Part shown: piece by piece, positions 39,661-49,734 of the stretch | Layout of the letters: each line of letters opens with the position of its first letter | How positions within the stretch are numbered: the stretch's first letter is position 1 | DNA from: Octopus bimaculoides | Lineage: Eukaryota | Length of the DNA: 64,000 nucleotides | NCBI RefSeq assembly: GCF_001194135.2 | Contig: NC_068985.1 | Coordinates: forward strand, 107,438,928 to 107,502,927 | Direction: 5' to 3' | Notes under the pieces: generated by a model | What the model saw: only the letters and a program-made list of their open reading frames with translations | Databases searched by the model: none | Told to the model about the DNA's origin: nothing | Program-made: the position numbers and the translations under genes

Positions 39661-42600
39661 AGTGTGTGGGTAGCTGTACACATGTGTATGTAAATGATAT
39701 TGGAAATAATGCTGATGTCATATCTTTTCTTTCTTAACCTTGTGATCTGAAGAAATAAACACTGAATATACATTCAGGATTCCAGAAGAAAAGCAACATA
39801 AATAGACAAGCAATGCATACAAATCAGGAATGATATATATATCTGAATACAGGTGCAGGTTTGGCTGTGTGGTTAAGAAGTTTGCTTCCCAACCACATGG
39901 TTTTGTAATCTGTCACCCTATGTAGCACCTTGGACAAGTCTCGAGCTGACCAAAACCTTGTGAGTGGGTTTGGTAACGGAAATTAAAATAAGCCTTATAT
40001 ATATATACTAGCTGGTGTACCCGGTAATTCCCAGGGATAAAGGTGTTCTATTGAAACGCCTTATTACTCTGATATAAGAAAGCAACTTGATATAACTGCC
40101 ACAAATGGTGTATTTTCCATCACGAAAAAGTACAAAAAACTGTCAGCTGGAGGAGGATGAGAGATTGTTGCAGGTTGGTGAGAGAGATTGGTGAGAAAGA
40201 TTGTCGGAGGTTGGTGAGAGGTGAAATGCAGAATTAGGTCGGCTGATTGTGAGAATCAAATATTGATCGCTTCGCTAAAATCTGCAGGTGGTCATTTTCC
40301 TTGGGTTGTTTAAATAAAATATTAGTAATATGTAATAGATAGAAGGATCCATTGGAAGGGCCCTATTATCGATTTTTTCAACAATCTAAGTATGTCACAA
40401 GGTTTCCAGACATGAGTTCTACTCATGTGTCAAATAAAGTATAAAAGCGATATTGTCTGCAAAAATTAGAAATAGGACACACAAAAATTCAATATTCAAA
40501 GTAATTGAACATAAACAATGAAATGGGTTATTTCCCTTGAGTGTTTAAAAAAATATTGTACAGGTGTTATGGATTATTTCCCTTGGGTGTTTAAAAAATA
40601 ATTATATGAGGTAGANNNNNNNNNNNNNNNNNNNNNNNNNNNNNNNNNNNNNNNNNNNNNNNNNNNNNNNNNNNNNNNNNNNNNNNNNNNNNNNNNNNNN
40701 NNNNNNNNNNNNNNNNNNNNNNNNNNNNNNNNNNNNNNNNNNNNNNNNNNNNNNNNNNNNNNNNNNNNNNNNNNNNNNNNNNNNNNNNNNNNNNNNNNNN
40801 NNNNNNNNNNNNNNNNNNNNNNNNNNNNNNNNNNNNNNNNNNNNNNNNNNNNNNNNNNNNNNNNNNNNNNNNNNNNNNNNNNNNNNNNNNNNNNNNNNNN
40901 NNNNNNNNNNNNNNNNNNNNNNNNNNNNNNNNNNNNNNNNNNNNNNNNNNNNNNNNNNNNNNNNNNNNNNNNNNNNNNNNNNNNNNNNNNATATATATAT
41001 ATATATATATATATATAGTAGAATAACAAACAGAGAGTCCTTGGTATAATATTACAGTATTAGATATGTGAAAAAAATGAAAAGAAATAGCATTTCTGAT
41101 AATTTTGCCACCTCAATAATTAGATGTTTATAAGCTGTTAGGTGTTTACAAAAGGTGACTCACGCCTAGTAACTTATGAAAATCTAATTATTAAAGTGGA
41201 AAAATTATCAGAAAAGCCATTTCTGTTAATTCTTTTCAAACACACACACACAAACACATGTTGGTGTGTCTCTTTGTGTCTTCTTGTCTTGACAATAGAG
41301 GTAGACATAAATGAGTATCTCAGTCATACAAGCCATGTCTTTCATTTCCAATATTCTGTGGAAACATGTCTGGCTACACGGAACATGACCTTGCTTGGAG
41401 ACAGGTGAGGGTTGGCAACAGGAAAGCCATCCAGCTGTAGAAAATCTTACTCAATAAATTCTGTCTGACTCATGGTAAATTGGACATTAAAATGGTGACG
41501 ACAATGATGATACATATGTACATAGGTACATTAGTATTACATTACTGTTAGTATGATGGTGTGTATACACACACATATGTTATATAAAATCATAGCAGTC
41601 ACTCAAAAGTGAGTATGATTTGATAGCATGTGACATAATTTCACTGATTGTTTCAGGTGACTATGTAGTTGCGAGTAGACAGAGATACCTTTTCAGCCTT
41701 CTCACACTGCATCCAACAGAACATTCAGAATGTGGTAGCTGGAAGGAGTGAAGGTTGTATAAGAGACCATAACAGGTGAGTAGAATGAAGCAGCATGGAA
41801 TAAAGTGCCTTCTTCACAGTCACAGTATACTGTCTTGTGTGTATCTGTTCCCTCACTGCTTGAAAACTAATATTCGTTTGTTTACATCCTTATAATTGAG
41901 AGTTTCAGCAACATGAGACTGACAGAATAAGAGAGGTCAGAATAAGGTAGTGAGCTGGCAGAAACGTTACCCCTGCCGGGCGAAATGCTTAGCGGTATTT
42001 CGTCTGCCGTTATGTTCTGAGTTCACATTCCACCGAGGTCGACTTTGCCTTTCATCCTTTCGGGGGACGATAAATTAAGTACCAGTTATGTACTAGGGTC
42101 GATGTAATCGACTTAATCCCTTTGTCTGTCCTTGTTTGTCCCCTCTGTGTTTAGCCCCTTGTGGGCAATAAAAAAAATAAGAATAAGAGAGGTAATATTT
42201 ATTCCCACTTAAACATGGATATTTTGTTAGAACAAACTTTACTGTAGTAGATATCACGAGAGAAACTCTCAGATAGGCTTTTGGTGTGGAATGCATGCTT
42301 GTTTGTAAATATAGCCAGCAGAGAGACAAGTCACCACCAACTCCAGTACTGAGACCATCAGATCATGTGATTTCGATCTTTCATGATCTCATCAGTGATG
42401 GACACTCGACTGCTAGAGATAGCAGTGACTCGGCCTCCCACCAGCAATATATAGAAAATCCATGCCTGAACAGGCACTGATGTCGCAATTAGCCAGTTAG
42501 CTTGTTAAAATATATATATATATATTGGTGACAGAGGCAGTATCAATACTGAGAAGTAATAGTTATTCAAATTTAAATGCGGATGCTCTGTTAGAACAAA

Positions 42601-43327
42601 CCTTACTGCGCTATATACCATGAGAGAACATTCACATTTAAATGGGAATAAATATTACCTGTTGGTCTTAATACTGCCTCTGTTGCTAATATATATNNNN
42701 NNNNNNNNNNNNNNNNNNNNNNNNNNNNNNNNNNNNNNNNNNNNNNNNNNNNNNNNNNNNNNNNNNNNNNNNNNNNNNNNNNNNNNNNNNNNNNNNNNNN
42801 NNNNNNNNNNNNNNNNNNNNNNNNNNNNNNNNNNNNNNNNNNNNNNNNNNNNNNNNNNNNNNNNNNNNNNNNNNNNNNNNNNNNNNNNNNNNNNNNNNNN
42901 NNNNNNNNNNNNNNNNNNNNNNNNNNNNNNNNNNNNNNNNNNNNNNNNNNNNNNNNNNNNNNNNNNNNNNNNNNNNNNNNNNNNNNNNNNNNNNNNNNNN
43001 NNNNNNNNNNNNNNNNNNNNNNNNNNNNNNNNNNNNNNNNNNNNNNNNNNNNNNNNNNNNNNNNNNNNNNNNNNNNNNNNNNNNNNNNNNNNNNNNNNNN
43101 NNNNNNNNNNNNNNNNNNNNNNNNNNNNNNNNNNNNNNNNNNNNNNNNNNNNNNNNNNNNNNNNNNNNNNNNNNNNNNNNNNNNNNNNNNNNNNNNNNNN
43201 NNNNNNNNNNNNNNNNNTTACTGTATAGCACTTTGGGCAAATGTCTTCTACAATAGCCTTAGGCTGACTGAATCCTTGTGAGAGGATTTCATTGATATTA
43301 ACTGAAAGAAGCCTTGTGTGTGTGTGT

Positions 43328-43369
<42 letters not shown>

Positions 43370-45608
43370 GTATGTAGCACTCACACTCATGATACTGTGG
43401 TTTTAATTCCCAGACCAACTGTACATTGTGTTCTTGAGCAAAATGCTTCATTTCACATTGCTTCAGTGCACTCAGCTGTAAATAGGTGATTCTGTGATGG
43501 ACTAACCTTCCAATCAGGAGGAATATTGGCCTGCTCACCTTAGCCAGCAGAGTGGCATCCTTAAAAAGCTAAAACAATGTGAAATGCATTGTGACCAGTG
43601 ATGTATAACAATATCCAATAGTCTGGTCGATATCATGATCACATGATATATGTGTGTATGTGCATGTCCATGTGTGTATATGTATTTGTGTCTCTTTATT
43701 AAAGACATGTAGGCATGTGGAATTTCATGATGCAACCATAATATACTATAAAGTATGAGAGTATTGTAGTTCACTTGAAGCATTGTGTACAGTTTATAGC
43801 AGAGACTCCATCTAAGAAGGAATTGTAATTCCGAAATATCATTGGATATAGATAACCAAATTACAACAGGTATATAGTCCATTTTTTGTTTTATAGTGCA
43901 TTGTTGTACCATTCTAAACTTTTTATTCTTTACTATAAAATACATAAAAATTTTTTATGAGTCAACACCACATCCTACTGTGTTAGCAGTGCTCTTCACA
44001 TTATTTTGTTAAGGTTATTTCTACAGAAATTATAGCCAGCACAGAGGCAAGTGTGGGTTAGATGAATGCTGATGAAGTGGAAAAAAACCCCCAAAATATG
44101 GCATATACACTCATTACCCATTTTGTCTCTGATCTCATTGTTTACATCGAAAGTTTCAATATGAAATGTTGTAGCAAAATTCAGCACTGGCTATATTTCT
44201 GTAGAAATAACCTTGACAAAATATTGTGTCTCTTTCTCTTGACAGAAGTGTGAGGATTGTAAACAATCAGCAACATCATACAAGCAGTGTCATTCTTTTC
44301 CAATTTTCAGTGAAAACATGCCTGGTCAAAGGGATATTATATTATCTTGCTTGTAAACAGACGAGGATTAACAACAGGAAGAGCATCCAGACACAGAAAA
44401 ATCTACTTGGCACTGCATATGTATTATGTCGAGCATTTTCAACTCAAAATTGAGAAGCTAAACAAAACACTATTCATACCCAAAATACTACAATGAAAGC
44501 ACTTCTGATAACAATAAAACTACAGAACAATATTATTATTACTGAAGATGACCAGTGTTTTCATTAAGATAACTGTTTATAAGAGATATACATACAAAGA
44601 GAACTATAACTACTGTGTGGTGTTTAATTTTTATCAAAGAATGTGGGATGGAAACAAGATAGAAAGAGAGAGAAAGAGAGAGAGAGAGGGAGATGGGATA
44701 GGAGAAGGAAATGATTTAACATTATCACAAGTGGTTGTTGTTTAGCCTTGGGCTAGTCCTAGTCCTGCAGACATACAATCAAAACTCATTTTCAGTTATA
44801 GCAATCTCATTATCTCATTTTTGACCATATTTTCTGGCATACAAGTTGAATTTTTCAGACAAAAAATATGGTAGGATGACTAATACAACAAGATGATTTT
44901 CAAGAACTAAAAATTCCATGTGAAATACAGCAGGATTTGGAAAGGTATTGATGATGTCTGAATATTTACACTAAATATGATGCTGACTTGTATACCAGGA
45001 GTTAGAGGAATTTTTCTCATTTCAGACCATATTATCAGATGTATCTTCATATTTTCTTCTTTTAAGACAGTAGTGTTCTGTGAGATTTGACTACTTTTTG
45101 CAAGTTGAGTGACCATGTATGATCACATAGGAATAACAAAATGATTAGAGGAAATTCATGTTGAAAACATGAAATTCCCTGTTTGTCAACTGGGGAAATG
45201 TAGCCAACTTCAGCTGGCCTCTCATGAACACAACTGGAACTGATCTAAATGGAATAACTCCACTTCACCCGTGGTTTTGGCAGTAGAGATTTTCTTTGGG
45301 ATTTTTTTGTTTACAAAATGAACCGACCATGACATATTCTTTCTTTCAGTTGTAGAGAGGTTTATGTGCCTCCAGCAAATGAGTCTGATGAGTAGTCTAT
45401 ACAACTAAGCACTTTATAGCTCACAGTCCCAAATATTTCATGAGGTGCTTTTGTGTGGCTGTTCAAGTTAAATTTTAGCTCTCATTTCTAGCAATTGTAG
45501 GTACTATTTTGCACCCTCATTAATTGATTTTACCTTTTTGGTTTTAATTGCTATAGCCACTTATATTATAATGTATTTAATATATTATCATAATATCTTA
45601 TTGTATGT

Positions 45609-45639
<31 letters not shown>

Positions 45640-48600
45640 ACACACACACATGTATATGGGATAGAGAAATAGAAGAGAGATTCACCTACCTCAATTCTCC
45701 AGATCAAGAGACCAACTTCTTTTCCAACATGATGCCAAGCTTCCTCATGTGATGCTGCTTCTTCTGCAGAAGTTAAAGAATAATAGTGTCAAAGTAACAG
45801 TTATATATATATATACATATACATATACATATTCAAGGAGTACCCCCAAAATACTGAATTTTGCAATATTATTTTATTCACCTAATTTTACATGCTTGCA
45901 CTTTTATTGCCTTCAAATTATTCTATTTGAAGCAATTCACCAGTTCAGACTTGTTTTCCACTATTCAAAGCAATTCTAGAACTCTTGCAAAGTGATGGCT
46001 TTTAATGCCTTCATTGTTTTGTTCTTCAGCTCTTCCACATCTGCAAAATGTTTTCCATTAAGGACTTTTACCATTTGGAAGAACAAAAAAAAGTTTCAGG
46101 GAGCAAGATCAGGTGGGTAAACAGAATCATGCTATTTTTGGTCAAAAACTGTCTTACACTCAAGGCGGTGTATAAAGGTGCATTGTTGTGGTGCCCTCTT
46201 TGAAGAGACAATTCGCAGCAGAGTCCCTCAGGGAACTGTACTGAGACCACTACTGTTTCTGGTGACTCTCCCAGACATACTCTCAACCACAGGTGGTCAA
46301 GGACTCCGGTGACATCCTAAAACTACAGAAAGACCTGAATGCAATATACAAGTGAGATGATGAATATAATATACAGTTAAATACTGAGTAGTTTCAAGTG
46401 TTTTATTATCAGCACACATGCAAAATACACAGGACCAGTGGGTAGTGCAATCCCAGAGTCAGAGCTGGTGGCCTGGGAATCCACACAAGTAATAATGCAA
46501 AATTTCATGTGCATATTACTAGGACAGAAACGTTGTGCAGAAGAGTGACAGCAAAGGCAGTGAGCTGGCAGAAACGTTAGCACGCCGGGCGAAATGCTTA
46601 GCGGTATTTCGTCTGCCGCTATGTTTTGAGTTCAAATTCTGCTGAGGTCGACTTTGCCTTCCATCCTTTCGGAGTCGATAAATTAAGTACCAGTTATGCA
46701 CTGGGGTCGATGTAATCGACTTAATCCCTTTGTCCCCTCTATGTTTATCCCCTTGTGGGCAATAAAGAAATAAGAGTAACAGGTTGGATTCTGAGCATTA
46801 TTCAGAACAAGGAAAAAGGATATCATGCTACTCCTATAGGGGACATTTCTTCTCAGTCTTATTGATTATTGCTCTCAACTGTGATTGCCACAAAGTGTCA
46901 AACTAAGAGTGAAACTCAAGGCAATCAAATACACAAAGGAGATTGATTTGTTGCAACAGATGAATTACTAGGAGAGTCTAAAAGAATGGAGACTCTACTC
47001 CCTAGAGAGAAAATGCAAAGGATATGCAGTGACACATATATATAGAAGGTCCTAGAGGTCTACTTCCCAACTTTAGGATTGAAAGCTATACCAAACACTG
47101 AATTGTACACCACTGTATAGTATCAAAGATTTTGTCTTCTCCTCCTAGAGCAAGGACCCAGTACTGTGACGGCTAAGATTTCAAGGGCTCACAACTTTTC
47201 AACACTCTGCCAAACAACCTCAGAGACCTGTGAGGTGTAGTTGTGGATGTTTTCAAAGAATATATGTCAAATTTCTATCTGAGGTACCAGATGAATCGAC
47301 ATTGTAGCAGGAAAGACAAAGAAAAGCAGCTCTGTCTAGCTTGCTATTTCACCAGAAATAGTTCCAGAGAGAAAATCAGGAAGTGAGTGTGAAATAAAAA
47401 CCAATCACACTAAAGGCAGTACTCCAGCATGGCCACAGCCTCTGGCTGGAATTTAAAAAGAAAAAGAGAGAGACACACACATGTACAAAGAGAGAGAGAA
47501 CAAGCAACGGTGTATAGGTATATACCAGATAGACACAATGTGTAGATAAATCCTTTCAGGAGAATAAAGTTGCTTTTTGGACCCTACTCCCTTCCTTGGT
47601 GTAGCTTCTTTTGTCAGACATTCATGTGGAGCCCCTCTTCTTGGATATCTGGGTCACCAGGACCAACGAACAAGCTGAATTTCCCTCCCATAGGCTCTGT
47701 GTGCTGATGCATACTGGATAGTAAGATAGTGTGTAGATCTTGACTGGGTTGCTGTTGGCACTCCGTCGCTTACGACGACGAGGGTTCCAGTTGATCCGAT
47801 CAACAGAACAGCCTGCTTGTGAAATTAGCATGCAAGTAGCTGAGCACTCCACAGACATGTGTACCCTTAATGTAGTTCTCGGGGATATTCAGCGTGACGC
47901 AGTGTGACAAGGCTGACCCTTTGAAATACAGGCACAACAGAAACAGGAAGTAAGAGTGAGAGAAAGTTGTGGTGAAAGAGTACAGCAGGTTTCGCCACCA
48001 TCCCCTGCCGGAGCCTCGTGGAGCTTTTAGGTGTTTTCGCTCAATAAACAATCACAACGCCTGGTCTGGGAATTGAAACCGCAATTCTATGACCGCGAGT
48101 CCGCTGCCCTAACCACTCGGCCATTGCGCCTCCACCTTGACTGGGTAGATAGTGAGATATTGAAAAGACAGACAGATAGCCGGACAAATAGATAGATAAG
48201 CTAACAAATAGTATTTAATAGTTGCTTATTCAGAGAAAGAAAGCAACAACAAAACACATCCTTGTGACTTCAAAGGCCAAGATATAGTTATTTATATATC
48301 AAATTTACTGAGATTAAAACATTCACACAATTCCCATCAGTGACTTGAACATACAAACTTTGAGTTGACATTTTAACAACTTGCAGCTGCAGCTCTTTGA
48401 TGATAATGATGAGAATGAAGATGATGTAATCAAATACAATCCTACTCATTTTTACTTGTTTTCTTTAGTATTCAGTTTTTCCCCAATCTTTCTGTGCATG
48501 TGAGTCTTTATTTGTTAAAAAAAAAAGTCCATTGCAGTATTGTATATTGTATATACACACATAAAATATACTGCCTTACGTGGCTTACACACACACACAG

Positions 48601-49028
48601 AGGCTCACATGTTCAGAAATATCTTTGAGACTGTATTGTGTGATGTGTGAACGCGTATATTTAATCGATTTGTCCATACTTAAGACATATCATAAGCTTA
48701 ACTGGAGAGACTCAATGTAGTCAGTCGACTTACTCAAAATAACAGCCAACGTCTCTCAAACCACACACATGTGTGCACATGCACACTGGGTCATGTAACT
48801 GGTGGTATGCTGCCTAAAGTTTTAAAAAAAAATGTAATCATTATAGCTGACTATCTTTGATCACAGGTCTGCTTAACCAAGGGAGATTGAGGGTTAAATA
48901 AAGAAATACACACACACACACACACCCAACAAACAGCAAATCAGAGGTCACCAAAATATTTAAGTTAAAATAATACGTTCACACATACCCACACTTTAAA
49001 TGAACAGAAAGCTACAAACATGCATACA

Positions 49029-49064
<36 letters not shown>

Positions 49065-49248
49065 CATATATACATGTAAAAAGAAATGAAATACTGGAGA
49101 AAACAAAACAGAGTAGGTAAGAAAAGGATGAGAGAACAAGAAAAGTCTATCATTAATCAGCACTTACTTTTGACATCTCTGTCCATGCTGGAGCCAAACA
49201 ATGCGAGATTAGTGTCTTTCCAGTCATACTGCTTCTGTTTACGAAGTC
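18985..49248 (-). CDS. Gelsolin-like actin-binding protein, three gelsolin domains (severin/fragmin-size, about 365 aa). Exons in transcript order: 49248-49168, 45763-45690, 38583-38509, 35431-35360, 31755-31628, 30382-30274, 29175-29065, 28072-27986, 26999-26917, 23962-23884, 21075-20980, 19080-18985
   Basis: Twelve AG/GT-bounded exons (1091 nt) join in frame to a TAA. Family motifs include [113 protein letters not shown] and [16 protein letters not shown]. Confidence 0.96.
20980..21075 (-). CDS. Gelsolin-like exon ([32 protein letters not shown])
   Basis: cttcag acceptor, gtgagt donor, 96 bp, phase 0/0. Confidence 0.95.
21870..22380 (-). mobile_element. RLE-type non-LTR retrotransposon 3' end (R4/Dong-like)
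   Basis: [13 protein letters not shown]...WYEHKP followed by DTEIKANK...[24 protein letters not shown]...[11 protein letters not shown], a restriction-like endonuclease domain. Confidence 0.8.
22760..23690 (-). mobile_element. Ty3/gypsy LTR retrotransposon remnant: LTR end, PBS-like site and frameshifted gag (K02A2.6-like)
   Basis: [25 protein letters not shown]...[22 protein letters not shown]; [32 protein letters not shown]; LTR end ...caaca at 23561 followed by TATCGGCGAC. Confidence 0.85.
23884..23962 (-). CDS. Gelsolin-like exon ([26 protein letters not shown])
   Basis: aacag acceptor, gtaagg donor, 79 bp, phase 2/0. Confidence 0.93.
26917..26999 (-). CDS. Gelsolin-like exon ([28 protein letters not shown])
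   Basis: tgtag acceptor, gtgagt donor, 83 bp, phase 0/2. Confidence 0.92.
27986..28072 (-). CDS. Gelsolin-like exon ([29 protein letters not shown])
   Basis: gccag acceptor, gtaagt donor, 87 bp, phase 0/0. Confidence 0.9.
29065..29175 (-). CDS. Gelsolin-like exon ([37 protein letters not shown])
   Basis: ttcaag acceptor, gtatgt donor, 111 bp, phase 0/0. Confidence 0.96.
30274..30382 (-). CDS. Gelsolin-like exon ([36 protein letters not shown])
   Basis: aaag acceptor, gtcagt donor, 109 bp, phase 2/0. Confidence 0.94.
31628..31755 (-). CDS. Gelsolin-like exon ([43 protein letters not shown])
   Basis: catag acceptor, gtaagt donor, 128 bp, phase 0/2. Confidence 0.96.
32103..32280. repeat. Near-perfect 86-bp-arm palindrome with 6-nt loop
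   Basis: Arms 32103-32188 and 32195-32280 with 3 mismatches; arm sequence is related to a single-copy repeat at about 9720-9800. Confidence 0.95.
32440..33320 (-). mobile_element. RTE-clade LINE reverse transcriptase 3' remnant
   Basis: KILVNSN...[40 protein letters not shown], with downstream similarity to the GTVEG.R.RGR..KSW region. Confidence 0.75.
34565..34746. repeat. Fold-back repeat (arms about 86-89 bp, 7-nt loop 34651-34657) carrying hammerhead motifs
   Basis: Direct reverse-complement match of the two arms. Confidence 0.95.
34659..34713 (+). ncRNA. Type I hammerhead ribozyme motif in the right arm of a fold-back repeat
   Basis: GTGC-CTGATGA-[ATATGTTTGAGA TATT TCTCAACAGAT]-GAAAC-TAATA-GTA-GCAC. 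Stem I 4 bp, long stem II, 3-bp stem III, GUA triplet. Confidence 0.7.
35360..35431 (-). CDS. Gelsolin-like exon ([24 protein letters not shown])
   Basis: aacag acceptor, gtgagt donor, 72 bp, phase 0/0. Confidence 0.95.
35899..36780 (-). mobile_element. Tc1 (DD34E) transposon remnant
   Basis: ORF 36062-36442 contains QDN[12 protein letters not shown] with 34 residues between D and E; one end tatactgaactgcaaaagaaac; other TIR not found. Confidence 0.9.
38509..38583 (-). CDS. Gelsolin-like exon ([25 protein letters not shown])
   Basis: ctgcag acceptor, gtgagt donor, 75 bp, phase 0/0. Confidence 0.95.
39330..39525 (+). mobile_element. Tc1/mariner transposase C-terminal fragment
   Basis: (NSP)...[31 protein letters not shown]...[15 protein letters not shown]; truncated by an assembly gap. 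Confidence 0.8.
40008..40610. mobile_element. Possible non-autonomous Helitron/Helentron-type element
   Basis: Starts after (TA)n with actag...cccgg...cccaggg, a short hairpin-like end; no coding support. Confidence 0.3.
41938..42180 (+). mobile_element. SINE family A with 13-bp target-site duplication
   Basis: gaataagagaggt at 41925-41937 and 42181-42193. Confidence 0.85.
42355..42401 (-). ncRNA. Type I hammerhead ribozyme motif with intact core
   Basis: - strand reads CCATCA-CTGATGA-GATC-ATGAAA-GATC-GAA-ATCA-CA-TGAT-C-TGATGG. Stem I 6 bp, stem II 4 bp with G10.1-C11.1, short stem III, AUC cleavage triplet. Confidence 0.85.
43807..43846 (+). ncRNA. Degenerate minimal hammerhead-like motif
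   Basis: TCCAT-CT(-)AAGA-A-GGAAT TGTA ATTCC-GAAAT-ATC-ATTGGA. Perfect 5-bp stem II; core G5 missing. Confidence 0.35.
43997..44228. repeat. Fold-back element with about 43-bp terminal inverted repeats
   Basis: cacattattttgttaaggttatttctacagaaattatagccag matches ctggctatatttctgtagaaataaccttgacaaaatattgtg (1 indel, 2 mismatches). Confidence 0.8.
45690..45763 (-). CDS. Gelsolin-like exon ([25 protein letters not shown])
   Basis: ctgcag acceptor, gtaggt donor, 74 bp, phase 1/0. Confidence 0.93.
45835..46195 (-). mobile_element. Mariner transposase C-terminal remnant with one TIR
   Basis: [22 protein letters not shown]..., then [20 protein letters not shown]; TIR-like caaggagtacccccaaaatactgaa. 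Confidence 0.8.
46196..46355 (+). mobile_element. CR1/L2-like LINE RT fragment
   Basis: [22 protein letters not shown] and [11 protein letters not shown] motifs. Confidence 0.7.
46553..46770 (+). mobile_element. SINE family A
   Basis: Full head-to-tail match with other copies; flanked by aagagt(g/a)acag. Confidence 0.85.
47750..48135 (-). mobile_element. tRNA-headed SINE family D, full length, 11-bp TSD
   Basis: A box tggccgagtggttagg, B box ggtttcaattccc; cttgactgggt at 47739-47749 and 48136-48146. Confidence 0.92.
49168..49248 (-). CDS. Gelsolin-like exon ([27 protein letters not shown]-)
   Basis: T-rich tract plus tag acceptor, gtaagt donor, 81 bp, phase 1/1. Confidence 0.93.
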
Positions 49249-49693
49249 CTAAAGGAACAAAAAAAAAAAGAAACAAAAAAAAAAAACAGATCAATATTAA
49301 GATCAAAAATAAGAGTAATTTTTTTTTTTTAATAAACCAAAAAATATAAAGAAATAAAAAAACATACAAACAGTTAATAATTTTTTACACAGTTTTTGAA
49401 ATATGTGTTTATGTAATTATTTCAGGACATTTTGTGGACAAAGAGGAGCCATGAAGAAAGAATAGAACAACCACAACATNNNNNNNNNNNNNNNNNNNNN
49501 NNNNNNNNNNNNNNNNNNNNNNNNNNNNNNNNNNNNNNNNNNNNNNNNNNNNNNNNNNNNNNNNNNNNNNNNNNNNNNNNNNNNNNNNNNNNNNNNNNNN
49601 NNNNNNNNNNNNNNNNNNNNNNNNNNNNNNNNNNNNNNNNNNNNNNNNNNNNNNNNNNNNNNNNNNNNNNNNNNNNNNNNNNNNNNNNNNNNN

Positions 49694-49734
<41 letters not shown>

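Noticed and set aside
42620-43380. Long ORFs of 184-241 aa (also others spanning N runs)
   Set aside because: They are artefacts of reading through assembly gaps.
44069-44105. CTGATGA suggesting a hammerhead
   Set aside because: No GAAA box or consistent stems follow. The same applies to CTGATGA at about 14240 (-), 50483 (+), 58636 (-) and 60895 (-).
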